DNA from: Thermoanaerobaculia bacterium
GTDB taxonomy: Bacteria > Acidobacteriota > Thermoanaerobaculia > Gp7-AA8
Direction of reading: 5' to 3'
DNA: 64,000 bases
Assembly (NCBI GenBank): GCA_036380735.1
Contig: DASVEE010000025.1
Span: forward strand, 3,041-67,040
In this document: positions 36,941 through 47,100 of the stretch, piece after piece
Layout: each line of letters starts with the position of its first letter
Numbering within the stretch: position 1 is the first letter of the stretch
Notes under the pieces: model-generated
The model's input: the letters and a program-made list of their open reading frames with translations, nothing else
Databases searched by the model: none
Told to the model about the DNA's origin: nothing
Translations under genes and position numbers: made by a program

Positions 36941-37061
36941 GGAATCGGACGAATCGGACAAATAGGACGTATAGGCGTGCGGACCCTGCGGCGTTGCTGC
37001 GGGTGGGTGCGGTCCTATCTGTCCCATTCGTGCTATTCGTCCCATAGGTCCTATCGTTCCC
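36941..37061. repeat. ATAGGAC-family element adjoining the 22-bp array
   Basis: GGAATCGGACGAATCGGACAAATAGGACGTATAGG - loop containing CCTGCGGCGTTGCTGCG - GGTCCTATCTGTCCCATTCGTGCTATTCGTCCCATAGGTCCTATCGTTCC. Confidence 0.85.
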
Positions 37062-37137
37062 TGTTCCGCATCGAACGCCTGTCCACATTTCCCGGCCGGG
37101 TGCGTAACAACCGGCAACTCACCATGGGAACTGCCTT

Positions 37138-40100
37138 TTGCCACTGAAGCTGCTGGAGATCTTCCGCTTCGAGCTCGACTTCCGCATGCGCCGCCCGGCG
37201 ACGTGGCTGCTGCTCCTCATCTTCGTCGGCCTGTCGTTCTTCGCCGCGAAGGGACTGCTGATCGATGAGGCGCAACGCGCCGGCGATCTGTACGCGAACG
37301 GCCCCGCGGGGATTGCGGTGACGCACGTCTTCGTGAGCATGATCGGCATGATCGTATCGGCGGCGCTGTTCAGCGGGGCCGCGCTGCGCGACCTCGAGAC
37401 GCGCATGCATCCGCTGTTCGCCACGTCCCCGATCACGAAGACGGACTACCTCGGCGGCCGCTTCGCCGGCGCCCTGCTGGTGAACCTGCTGCTCGCGACG
37501 GTGGTGCCGTTCGCGTTGATGGTCGCACTCCGGCCGGAGCTCGTGAGTCCGGAGCTCCTCGGCCCCTTCCGTGCCGCGTCGTTCGTGCAGCCCTATCTCT
37601 TCCTGCTGCTGCCGAACATCTTCTTCACCGGGACGGTGCTGTTCGCCGTGGCGGTGCTGACGCGGCGGTCGCTGCCGGTCTTCGCGACCGCGGTGGTTCT
37701 CTTCATCGGGGGCCTGCTGGTCGAAGAGATCGTGGCGGAGCAGTTGGGGCGCGGCGGGCTCGCGTCGCTGCTCGATCCTTTCGGCTTCACCGCGCTCAGC
37801 GAGCTGTGGGAGTTCTGGACGACGCACGAGAGGAACACGCAGCCGGTGCGGTTCGAGGGGTCGCTGGTGTGGAACCGGCTGCTCTGGTTCGGCGCCGGCG
37901 TGCTGGTGCTCGCGTTCACCCGCTACCGCTTCCGGATGGACCTGTACGAAGCGCGGGGACGGCGCCGCGGCGCCAAGGTGGTGGTGGAGGAGGAGGCGAG
38001 TGTGCCGGTGCGCCTGGACGCAATTCCGGTGGCGCCGTCGTTCGGCCCGGGCACGCGGCTGCGGCAGATGCTGTCGGTCGCCCGCGAGTCGTTCCGCGCG
38101 CTTGTGCTCACGCGCGATTTCCTCCTGATCTCCGTGGCGTTGTTCATCCTCGTCCTCCTCGTCGGGCAGACGATGTCCGACAACTTCGGCGTCCCTTTCT
38201 GGCCGCTCACGCAATTCATCGCACCGCTCCTCGGCGGCTTCTTCCCGGCCATGGCGATCTCGCTGCTCACCGCCTTCTATGCGGGGGAGCTGGTCTGGCG
38301 CGAGCGCGACAACGGGCTGGCCGACATTGCCGACGCGAATCCGGTTCCGGGGTGGGCGCTGTTCGCCGGGAAGTTCGCGGCGCTCGCGCTGATGCTGACG
38401 GCGCTGCAGGGCGTGATGATGCTGTCGGGCATGCTCCTGCAGGCATTCGCCGGCTACTTCCGCTTCGAGCCCGCGCTCTACCTGAAGATCGTGTTTGGCT
38501 TGCAGCTCACCGAGTACCTGCTGCTCGCCGCGCTGGCGATGCTGGTGCACGTGCTGGTGAACAACAAGTACTTCGGTCACCTGCTCGTCGTGCTCTGCTA
38601 CCTGTTCATGGTCTTCGGGCGGCGGTTCGGTATTGCGCACAACCTGCTGCTGTACGGTGGCGACGGCGGCTGGGTGTACTCGGATGTCAGCGGCTTCGGC
38701 CCGTTCATGGAAGCGGTGGTCTGGTTCCGGCTGTACTGGACGGGATGGGCGGTGTTGTTCGCGGTGCTCGCGAGCCTGCTCTGGATCCGCGGGCGCGATC
38801 GTGGACTGCGCAAGCGGCTGCGGCTCGTGCGTCTGCGCTTCAATCGCGGCGCCGCGCTGGCGACGGCGGCTGCCGTTCTGCTCATCGTGAGCGTCGGCGG
38901 CTACATCTACTACAACACGAACGTGCTCGCGGGGTACCTCACGCCGTACGCGGCGGGGGAGCTGCGCGCGGAGTACGAGCGCCGCTACGGCAAGTTCGAG
39001 AGAGCCGCGCAACCGACCGTGCGGGGGACGAAGCTGCACGTCGAGCTCTACCCGGAGCGGCGCGTGGTCGATGTGCGCGGCACGTACACGCTGCTGAACG
39101 CGACGGCGCAGCCGATTCGCGCGGTGCATCTGTTCCTCAACCCGGAAGTGGAGAACCGCGCCGTCTCTTTCGACCGGCCGAGCCGTGTGGCCATCGCCGA
39201 CGACAAGCTGGGACATCGCACGTACGAGCTGGCGAGCGCGCTCGCGCCGGGCGAGTCGCTGGAGATGCAGTTCGCCCTGCGCTTCGCACCGCGCGGCTTC
39301 CCCAACAACGATCCGAACACCTCGGTCGTCCGGAACGGGACGTACTTCGATCACAACGGCGGCCGGCGTACGAATCACCGGCGCTGGTTTCCGCTCGTCG
39401 GCTACCAGCCGACGCGGGAGCTGAGCGCGGCACGTGCACGCCGCGAGCATGGGTTACCGCCACGGCCGCTCGCGCGCTCGCTCGACGAGGCGAGCAGCGT
39501 TCACGACTCCGCGGGCCGCGAGTCGATCACGTTCGAGGCGGTCATCGGCACCGACGCGAAGCAGCTCGCCGTCGCACCGGGGACGCTGCGCCGCACGTGG
39601 ATGCAGAACGGCCGGCGCTACTTTCACTACGCGCACGACCGCACCGTGAAGAACTCGTTCGCGATCTTTTCCGCCGACTACGCGGTGCACCGCGAGCTGT
39701 GGAACGACGTGCAGATCGAGCTCTTCCACCATCCGACGCATACGTTCAACGTGCCGCGCTTCGCGCGCAGTGCTCGGGCTTCGCTCGATTACTACACGAA
39801 GAACTTCGGTCCGTATCCGCACAAGCACGTGCGCATCGCGCAGTTCCCGCGCTACGCGAATCTGGCGCACGCGTATCCCGGCACGATCTCCTACGCCGAG
39901 ACGACCGGATGGCTGACACGCATCGACGAGAGCCGGCATTTCGACCTCGCCTCGATGACCGTGGCGCACGAGATCGCGCATCAGTGGTGGGGCTTCCAGG
40001 TGATGCCCGCGGCGGTCGAAGGAGGACCGACGATCGCCGAGGTGCTGTCGCAATACAGCGCGCTGATGGTGGTGGAGAAGATCTATGGGCCGGAGATGGT

Positions 40101-40755
40101 GCGGCGCTTCCTGTACAACACGCGCATCGAGTACCTGAACCGCCGCGGACGGCCGGAGCACCCCGAGGTGCCGCTGCTGCGCGTCACCGACCACGCGAAC
40201 CTGGTCTACCGCAAAGGGCCGCTGGCGATGTACGCCCTGCGCTACTACATCGGCGAGGAGCAGCTCAATGCCGCGCTACGCCGGCTCGTGGAAAAGCATG
40301 GCTCCGGCGAGCCTCCGTACGCGACGACGCGCGATCTCTACCGCGAACTGAAACTCGCGACGCCTCCGGAGTACCACTACCTGCTCGAAGATTTCCTGGA
40401 GACGATCACGCTCTGGAGACTGCGCACGACCGCGGTCACCGCGACGCCTGCCGCCAACGGCACGTGGCGCGTCACGATGGACGTGGACGCGCACAAGCTG
40501 CGCGCCGACGGGAGCGGCAAGGAGACGGAGGTGCCGATGCACGACTTCGTCGACATCGGTGTCTTCGGCCCCACCACGAATGTGAATGAGCTCGGCGAGG
40601 AGCTGTACCTCCAGAAGCACCGCATCCGTTCCGGAGCGCAGCGCATCACGCTGACGGTGAAAGGCAAACCGGGGAAGGTGGGGATTGATCCGCACCTGCA
40701 CCTGATCGACCGCAACTGGATGGACAACGTGCGGCGCATCAGCGGGGTGAAATAG
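37138..40755 (+). CDS. ABC-2-type permease domain fused to M1-family (aminopeptidase N-like) zinc metallopeptidase
   Basis: 1205 aa; TTG start; N-terminal ~550 aa with 10-12 TM helices (ABC-2 permease-like); C-terminal gluzincin domain with HEIAHQWWG ... E about 20 residues later; TAG stop at start of adjacent repeat. No cognate ATPase gene adjacent. Confidence 0.8.
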   Translation: MPLKLLEIFRFELDFRMRRPATWLLLLIFVGLSFFAAKGLLIDEAQRAGDLYANGPAGIAVTHVFVSMIGMIVSAALFSGAALRDLETRMHPLFATSPITKTDYLGGRFAGALLVNLLLATVVPFALMVALRPELVSPELLGPFRAASFVQPYLFLLLPNIFFTGTVLFAVAVLTRRSLPVFATAVVLFIGGLLVEEIVAEQLGRGGLASLLDPFGFTALSELWEFWTTHERNTQPVRFEGSLVWNRLLWFGAGVLVLAFTRYRFRMDLYEARGRRRGAKVVVEEEASVPVRLDAIPVAPSFGPGTRLRQMLSVARESFRALVLTRDFLLISVALFILVLLVGQTMSDNFGVPFWPLTQFIAPLLGGFFPAMAISLLTAFYAGELVWRERDNGLADIADANPVPGWALFAGKFAALALMLTALQGVMMLSGMLLQAFAGYFRFEPALYLKIVFGLQLTEYLLLAALAMLVHVLVNNKYFGHLLVVLCYLFMVFGRRFGIAHNLLLYGGDGGWVYSDVSGFGPFMEAVVWFRLYWTGWAVLFAVLASLLWIRGRDRGLRKRLRLVRLRFNRGAALATAAAVLLIVSVGGYIYYNTNVLAGYLTPYAAGELRAEYERRYGKFERAAQPTVRGTKLHVELYPERRVVDVRGTYTLLNATAQPIRAVHLFLNPEVENRAVSFDRPSRVAIADDKLGHRTYELASALAPGESLEMQFALRFAPRGFPNNDPNTSVVRNGTYFDHNGGRRTNHRRWFPLVGYQPTRELSAARARREHGLPPRPLARSLDEASSVHDSAGRESITFEAVIGTDAKQLAVAPGTLRRTWMQNGRRYFHYAHDRTVKNSFAIFSADYAVHRELWNDVQIELFHHPTHTFNVPRFARSARASLDYYTKNFGPYPHKHVRIAQFPRYANLAHAYPGTISYAETTGWLTRIDESRHFDLASMTVAHEIAHQWWGFQVMPAAVEGGPTIAEVLSQYSALMVVEKIYGPEMVRRFLYNTRIEYLNRRGRPEHPEVPLLRVTDHANLVYRKGPLAMYALRYYIGEEQLNAALRRLVEKHGSGEPPYATTRDLYRELKLATPPEYHYLLEDFLETITLWRLRTTAVTATPAANGTWRVTMDVDAHKLRADGSGKETEVPMHDFVDIGVFGPTTNVNELGEELYLQKHRIRSGAQRITLTVKGKPGKVGIDPHLHLIDRNWMDNVRRISGVK

Positions 40756-40909
40756 GGCCAATGAACGGATAGGACCGATAGGACGAATAGGACCTATAGG
40801 ACGAATAGGACCTCTGACACTTCCGCGCGTGCCGGGCTGCGACCGTCGCGCAGCGGGGTGGGTGGGGTCCCATTCGTCCTATCGGTCCTATCTGTCCTAT
40901 CGTTCCCCC
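40752..40909. repeat. ATAGGAC-iterated palindromic element
   Basis: AATAGGGCCAATGAACGGATAGGACCGATAGGACGAATAGGACCTATAGGACGAATAGGACC - ~50-nt loop with internal CTGCGACCGTCGCGCAG palindrome - GTCCCATTCGTCCTATCGGTCCTATCTGTCCTATCGTTCC. Confidence 0.9.
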
Positions 40910-40935
40910 TTCCCCCGGTGCAGTAGAATCACCCC

Positions 40936-41472
40936 ATGGCCCGTGCACTAGCCCTGATCCTTCCGCTGTTGATCGCGTTCGGCGCCGCGGCGCAGTCGGC
41001 GGAGTTCGGCCGGGCCACAGGCGGGGAACTGGTGCTGACGCCGAAGGGCACCGCGCCGTTTTCCGGCTCGCTGGAGCTTGCGCTGTCGAATGGGGCGCCC
41101 GCGTACGGCCTGACCGCCGGCGGCACGCTCGTGCAGGACCGCCTCTGGTTCTTCGCTTCCGCCTCGCGGCAGGAGGGGGCGCCCGCGCGTTACCAGCAGC
41201 TCGAGCTGCCGCAGAACGCCACCAGCAGCGCGATCGGCGGCCGGGTCAGCGGCCAGCTCGGCGCCAGCCACGATTTCGGCGGCTTCTTCGAAGCCGCCCG
41301 CAGGCCGGAGCTCTCGACGACGGCGCCTGCCTCGTTCACCGGCAACACGCTGCCATCGTCGTTCCTCTCGCTGCGCTACACCGGCATCGTCTCCAGCAAC
41401 ATGTTCTTCACCGCGAACATCTCGCGCAGTGAAGGCACGGCGCAGCGCTTCGGCATCGTGCCGGCGCCCTAG
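40936..41472 (+). CDS. hypothetical secreted protein (possible gene remnant)
   Basis: 178 aa with clean signal peptide MARALALILPLLIAFGAAAQS and protein-like composition, but no SD and no recognisable domain; reads like an isolated fragment of a larger secreted/OM protein. Confidence 0.35.
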   Translation: MARALALILPLLIAFGAAAQSAEFGRATGGELVLTPKGTAPFSGSLELALSNGAPAYGLTAGGTLVQDRLWFFASASRQEGAPARYQQLELPQNATSSAIGGRVSGQLGASHDFGGFFEAARRPELSTTAPASFTGNTLPSSFLSLRYTGIVSSNMFFTANISRSEGTAQRFGIVPAP

Positions 41473-42293
41473 AACGGCGACTCGATCTCGAAGAACTCGC
41501 CGCGCATCATCACTGACGGCGCGATGCCGAACATCTGATGGAACGTGCGCGTGAGGTGCGCCGCGTCGGCAAAGCCGGCCGCGTGCGCGGCGGCGGCGAG
41601 CGTGCGCTCCCGGCCGATGGCCACCACCGCGCGCGTCAGCTTGCGCCAGAGCATGTAGCGGCGGAACGGGAGCCCCACTTGCTGCTTGAACAAATGCGCG
41701 AACCGCCCCTCGGAGAGGAACACCGACGCGGCGGCGCTCTCGAGTGAGATCCGGAGGTCGTCCGACGCGCGAATCTCCCGCAGCACCTTCGTGACCCGCT
41801 CGTCCATCTTCCGCGAGGGCGGCGCGCCGGCGCACACGGCCTGGACGCACTGCAGGATCAGCGGCCGGATCTCCATGCTCTCGTGCGGCCGCTCGAGAAA
41901 CTTCCGCAGCTCGTTTGCGGCCGGCACGACCCGCTCCTCCGGCACGAACGCGATCTCGCGCTTGAACGTGCTGCGCAGCCAGACGCCTTCGCTCGACTCG
42001 GGATCGACGAAGAGCATGGCCGCGATAGCCCCCAAGCCGTCGTAGGAGTGCTCGACGTCGGGCGGCACCACGAGGCCGCGGCCGGACTGCCACTCTCCGC
42101 GCGCCGCTTTGATGCCGATGACGCCGTCGATGGCGATCACGAGCTGAAACGCGTGATGCGCGTGCGGCTGCACGACCCCTTCGCTGGACCCGACGGCGAA
42201 GAAGCCGCCGTCCCAGAGATACCAGCGCGGACCGTCGCCTTCCCAGCGCGAATCACGAATAGCCGGTTTGTACAAGAAATCCGTCGAGCTCAT
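41469..42293 (-). CDS. AraC-family transcriptional regulator (cupin sensor + HTH)
   Basis: 274 aa; C-terminal AraC HTH (SLESAAASVFLSEGRFAHLFKQQVGLPFRRYMLWRKLTRAV ... LTRTFHQMFGIAPS); N-terminal cupin-like domain. Confidence 0.85.
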   Translation of the reverse strand: MSSTDFLYKPAIRDSRWEGDGPRWYLWDGGFFAVGSSEGVVQPHAHHAFQLVIAIDGVIGIKAARGEWQSGRGLVVPPDVEHSYDGLGAIAAMLFVDPESSEGVWLRSTFKREIAFVPEERVVPAANELRKFLERPHESMEIRPLILQCVQAVCAGAPPSRKMDERVTKVLREIRASDDLRISLESAAASVFLSEGRFAHLFKQQVGLPFRRYMLWRKLTRAVVAIGRERTLAAAAHAAGFADAAHLTRTFHQMFGIAPSVMMRGEFFEIESPF

Positions 42294-42333
42294 TCAATCG
42301 TCCCGCGAGTGCGATCCCTATCTTGCGATCATC

Positions 42334-42759
42334 ATGAAGAACAAACAAATCTTCGCTGTCATCGTTACCGTTCTTACCCTGACCACGTTCACCGCCTGCG
42401 CCTCGAAACCGCCCGCGGACCAGTTCGGATTCGGCCCGCGCACGTCAGTCCAGAGCCGCTACGTCGCCACGCTCGAGCCGCCTGCCCAGCCGCTGAAGCC
42501 GCGCCGCCTGCTGAAGATGCAGGTGTCGATTCGCGACGCCGCCGGACGGCCGGTGGACGGCGCGACGATCGAAGTCGACGGCGGCATGCCGCAGCACGGC
42601 CACGGTCTTCCCACCAAACCCCGCGTCACGAAAAGCCTCGGCGACGGACGATACGAGATCGAAGGCCTCCGCTTCAACATGGGCGGCTGGTGGGAGCTCG
42701 ATCTCGCCATCGTCTCGCCGGCCGGCGCCGACCACGTGACGTTCAACCTGCAGGTCTGA
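42334..42759 (+). CDS. lipoprotein with YtkA/FixH-like Ig-fold domain
   Basis: Start MKNKQIFAVIVTVLTLTTFTAC (lipobox TAC); about 140 aa; divergent from araC-like gene; immediately upstream of the dihaem peroxidase gene. Confidence 0.5.
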   Translation: MKNKQIFAVIVTVLTLTTFTACASKPPADQFGFGPRTSVQSRYVATLEPPAQPLKPRRLLKMQVSIRDAAGRPVDGATIEVDGGMPQHGHGLPTKPRVTKSLGDGRYEIEGLRFNMGGWWELDLAIVSPAGADHVTFNLQV

Positions 42760-42766
42760 GGCGATC

Positions 42767-44038
42767 ATGAACGGAAAGCGCATCGCCATCGTCGCCGCTC
42801 TGCTCCTCGCCGCTGCGCTGACCGCCGTCGCCGCCACCCGCGGCGACCGGTGGTCGGACGAGGAAGTCGAAATCCTGCGCGGCCTGTCGCTCGCCGAGCT
42901 GGAGCCGCTGCCGGCCGACCCGACGAATCGCGTCGCCGACGATCCGCGCGCGGTGCGGCTCGGGCAGCGGCTCTTCTTCGACACGCGTCTCAGCTCGAAC
43001 GGCAAGGTGGCGTGCGCGACCTGCCACGTGCCCGACCGCGAGCTGCAGGACGGGACGCCGCTGGCGAAAGGCGTCGGCACGACCGACCGGCGCACGATGC
43101 CGATCGCCGCGACCGCCTACAGCCCGTTCCTCTTCTGGGATGGCCGCAAGGACAGCCAGTGGGCGCAGGCGCTGGGACCGCTGGAGAGCGCGGTGGAGCA
43201 CGGCGGCTCGCGCGCGCAGTACGCGCACGTCATCGCCGGGCACTATCGCGAGGAGTACGAGCGGACGTTCGGACCGCTGCCGGAACTGAGCGCCATCCCT
43301 CGGGCCGCGGGTCCGGTCGCCGATCCGGCAGCGCGCGCCGCGTGGGAGGCGATGAGCGACGAACAACGCGTGACCGTGACGCAGGTATACGTCAACATCG
43401 GCAAGGCGATCGCGGCGTACGAACGGCGGCTCCAGTACGGCGCCTCGCGCTTCGACCGCTACGTCGACGCGCTCGTCGCAAGCGGACGCGCCCCCGCGGA
43501 CGTGCTCACGCGCGACGAGCTCGCCGGACTGCGCCTCTTCATCGGGAAGGCGAACTGCACGCAGTGCCACAACGGACCGCTGCTCACGAACAACGAGTTC
43601 CACAACACCGGCGTGCCCGCCGCGGCCATCGCGAAAGTGGACCGCGGCCGGACGGCCGGCGCGAAGGACGTGCTGGCGGACGAGTTCAACTGCCGCAGCC
43701 GCTGGAGCGATGCGAAGGACGGCCAGTGCTCCGAGCTGGAGTTCCTGGTGTCCGAGGGGCACACGCTGGAGCGCGCGTTCAAGGTGCCGTCGCTGCGGAA
43801 CGTCGCCGACCGCGCGCCGTACATGCACGCGGGGCAGTTCGCCAGCCTGGATGACGTGGTGGCGCACTACAACGGCGCGCCGGCCGCACCGGCCGGCCAC
43901 AGCGAGCTGAAACCGCTGCGCCTGAGCGCGCAGGAGGTGCAGCAACTTGTGTCCTTCCTGCGCACCCTCAGCGGCGGCACCGCGGCCCCCGCGGAACTGC
44001 TGCGCGATCCGCATCAGGGACGACGACAGGACGAATAG
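42767..44038 (+). CDS. dihaem cytochrome c peroxidase (CCP/MauG family)
   Basis: 423 aa; signal peptide; two haem sites CATCHV and CTQCHN with family-typical spacing and conserved W/PxxG regions; TAG stop contributed by the adjacent repeat (GACGAATAGGAC). Confidence 0.85.
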   Translation: MNGKRIAIVAALLLAAALTAVAATRGDRWSDEEVEILRGLSLAELEPLPADPTNRVADDPRAVRLGQRLFFDTRLSSNGKVACATCHVPDRELQDGTPLAKGVGTTDRRTMPIAATAYSPFLFWDGRKDSQWAQALGPLESAVEHGGSRAQYAHVIAGHYREEYERTFGPLPELSAIPRAAGPVADPAARAAWEAMSDEQRVTVTQVYVNIGKAIAAYERRLQYGASRFDRYVDALVASGRAPADVLTRDELAGLRLFIGKANCTQCHNGPLLTNNEFHNTGVPAAAIAKVDRGRTAGAKDVLADEFNCRSRWSDAKDGQCSELEFLVSEGHTLERAFKVPSLRNVADRAPYMHAGQFASLDDVVAHYNGAPAAPAGHSELKPLRLSAQEVQQLVSFLRTLSGGTAAPAELLRDPHQGRRQDE

Positions 44039-44142
44039 GACCGACGACGAATAGGACGATGGGACAAACCGCAGCCGTTAGCCGGCGTGCTGCTGTCCTA
44101 TAGGTCCTATTCGTCCTATTCGTCCCATTTGTCCTATCGTCA
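44027..44142. repeat. ATAGGAC-iterated palindromic element between convergent genes
   Basis: CAGGACGAATAGGACCGACGACGAATAGGACGATGGGAC - loop - GTCCTATAGGTCCTATTCGTCCTATTCGTCCCATTTGTCCTATCGTCA; left end supplies the TAG stop of the peroxidase gene, right end the TGA stop of the minus-strand M1-fusion gene. Confidence 0.9.
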
Positions 44143-47100
44143 CTTGCCGGTCGTCACCTCCACCGTGTTGTCGCGCCAGACGGTGTCGATCAGGATGTTG
44201 CGGGGGTCGATGCCCGCGCGGGCTGGTTTGCCGGGCACCGTGACGGTGACCGTCTGCTGGCCGGGCTTGATGCGGTGCTGCCGGAGGTACAGCGGCTTGC
44301 CCTCCGCGGCGAAGACGCCGATCTCGATGAGGTCGTTCATCGGACGCACCGTTTCGGCGCCCTCGGTGTTCACCGCCACCTTCTTCGCGGCCACGTTCAG
44401 CGTGACGCGCCAGGCGCCGCCGCTCGCCGGCTCGGCGGTGGCGGCCTTCGTGGAGAGCTCCCAGAAGGTATTTACTTCGAAGAGGTCGACCAGGAGATAG
44501 CGGAGCGGCTCGGGCGTGACGGCTTTCAGCTCCGCGTAGAGGTCGAGCGTCGTCGGCAGCGGCGCCGTGCCGTTGCGATGCTTGTCCATCAGGCGGCGGA
44601 GGGCCAGCGTCACCTGTTTCTCGCCGACGTACTCGCGGAGGGCGTACATGGCGAACGGACCCTTCCGGTAGCCGACGAACCAATCGTCGGCGCGGAGCAG
44701 CGGGACGTCGGCACGCCCGCGAGGGTGGAGGTACGCCTCGCGCAGGATGTCGAGGAAGCGGCCGAGATGCTCGGGCCCGTAGGTCTGGTCGACGGCGTTC
44801 ATGGCGCTGTACCACGACAGACTCTCGCTGAGGAGCGCCGCGCCCTCGACGTTCGCGGGCGTGAGCTGGTTGCCCCACCATTGGTGCGCGACCTCGTGTG
44901 CCACGACGGCGAAGGGGAAGTCGACGTTCCGGTCGTCGGTGCTGGAATTGAGCAGCGCGAAGCCCTCGAAGAAGCGGATGTTGATGGGATGCGAGCGAAG
45001 ACCGATCGACGAACCGGGTGCCTCGACGAGGCGGATCTGCTGGTGCGGGTACGGGCCGAGATCTTTCGTGAACGACTCCAGCGAAGCCTGCACGCCTTTG
45101 ACGATGCGCTCCACGTTCCACGGATGGCCGCGGTGGTGGAGTACCTCGATGTCCACGTCGCGCCAACGCGCGCGATGCACGGCGTAGTCGGCGGAGAAGA
45201 TGGCGAAGCCGGGGCGGATCGGCGTGTCGGTCGCGTAATGGAAGTAGTGCCGCCCCTGTGCGCGCCACGTGCGGCGTAGGGTGCCGGGAGCGACGGCGGT
45301 CTCGTTCGCGGCCGTGCCGATGACCGCCTCGAACGCGATGCGCTCGCCGCGAGTTTCGTCGTTGCGACCGCGTGCGTCCTCCAGCCGCGGCAGCGGTGGC
45401 CGCGCAGGGAGGCCATGCAGCTTCCGCTCGCCGGCGTTCGACAGCTCCCGGTCGGGCTGGTAGCCGATGGCGGGGAGCCAGTCGCCTTCGAAGTGGGTGC
45501 CGTTGCTCGCGACGCGATCGTTGACACCGCCGTTGGTGAAGCCGCGCGGACGGAAGCGCACGCGGAACTGCATCCGCAGCGAGTCGCCTGGCTGCAGCGG
45601 CTCTTTCAGCGTGTAGATGCGATGGCCCAGTTGCTTGTCGACCAGGCGCGGCGCGAACGGCCGGTTGAACTGGATGCCGTCCGTCTCCACCTCGCGTGCC
45701 GTGGCCAGATGGATGGCGTCGATCGGCGCGGCGGTCTTGTTCACGAGATCGTAGGTGCCGCGGATGTCGGCCTCACCGCGTGCCGGCTCCAGCTCGATGT
45801 GCAGCGACGTGGCGGTCCGGCGCGGTTGCGGCACACCGTCATAGCGGCCGTGGCGCTGCTCGTACCGCGCGCGCCGCGCCGTCAAATCGTCGGAGGGCGC
45901 ATAGGCGTGCAGCACGTTCGTGTTGTAGAAGACGAAGCTTCCGACGAGCACGATGACGCCCGCCGCCGCGGCGAGACTCCACCGGGCCGGCGTGCTCACA
46001 CGGCCACGCCCGAGCCGCAGCCGCTCCTTCATGCCGCGTGACGTGCCGCGCGGCCACAGCAGCTTCGCCACGACCGCGAACAGCAACGCCCAGCCGCCCC
46101 AATACAGCTTGAACCAGAGGACCGGCGCGAGATGCGGACCGAAGCCACTCATATCGGAGTAGTCCCATCCCGGATCGGAGCCGTAGATGAGGAGGTTGTG
46201 CTCGATCCCGAGGTCGCTCGCGTACGCGGTCAGGGCGTAGGCGAGGATCACGACGAGATGGCCGACGTACTTCTGGTTGACGATGACGTGCACCGCGACC
46301 GCGAGCGCCGTGAAGAGGAGGTAGCCGCTGAGGTAGATGCCGAACAGCACGATCAGATAGAGCCCGACCTCGAAGTCGTGATGGCCGAGGCGGATCTGGG
46401 TGAGCAGGCCGCCGCCCATCATCAGTGCCTGCAGCAGCACGAGCACGAGCGTGAGTCCCAGCAGCTTGCCCGTGAACGGCACCCAGTCGGGGACCGGCGT
46501 CGCATCGGCGATGACGCTCATGCCCGCGTCGCGCTCGCGCCAGATCACTTCGCCGGCGTAGAAGACCATGAGAAAGATGGCCATGAAGCCGGGGAGATCG
46601 CCCGGGCCGGCGAGGTGCGCGAGGATGCGCTCCGTCACGGGGTGGAGCGGGATGCCGATGTGCTCCATCAGCTCCGGCCCCGCCGCGACGAGGAACAGCA
46701 CCACGACCGCCAGCGCGATCGCGCCCCAGCTCAGCACGATCTCGCGGAACGAGCGCCGCGTGATGACGAGCATCTGCCGCACGCGCGTGCCGAAGCCGAA
46801 GCGGCGTTCGACCGCGGGAACGGCGATCGGCGTGGTGCTCTGCTCTTCGTTCGGGGAGAGTGCCGCCGCAGGGCGTGAACGCCGGAGCCACCGCGGCATG
46901 AACGTCCGCGGGGTGTGATGGGCGAAGCGGAAACCGGCATACGTCAGCGCGAGCACGCCGACGGCGATGCCGAGCCAGAGCAGGCGATTGGTGAGGAGGA
47001 TGCCTTCGAGCGCGAGGAGTTGCGACCCTTTCTGCGCCGGCGTCCATGCGCGCGACAACGCGCTCATGACGGTAAAGCCGAATGGATCGAGTTGTTGCGC

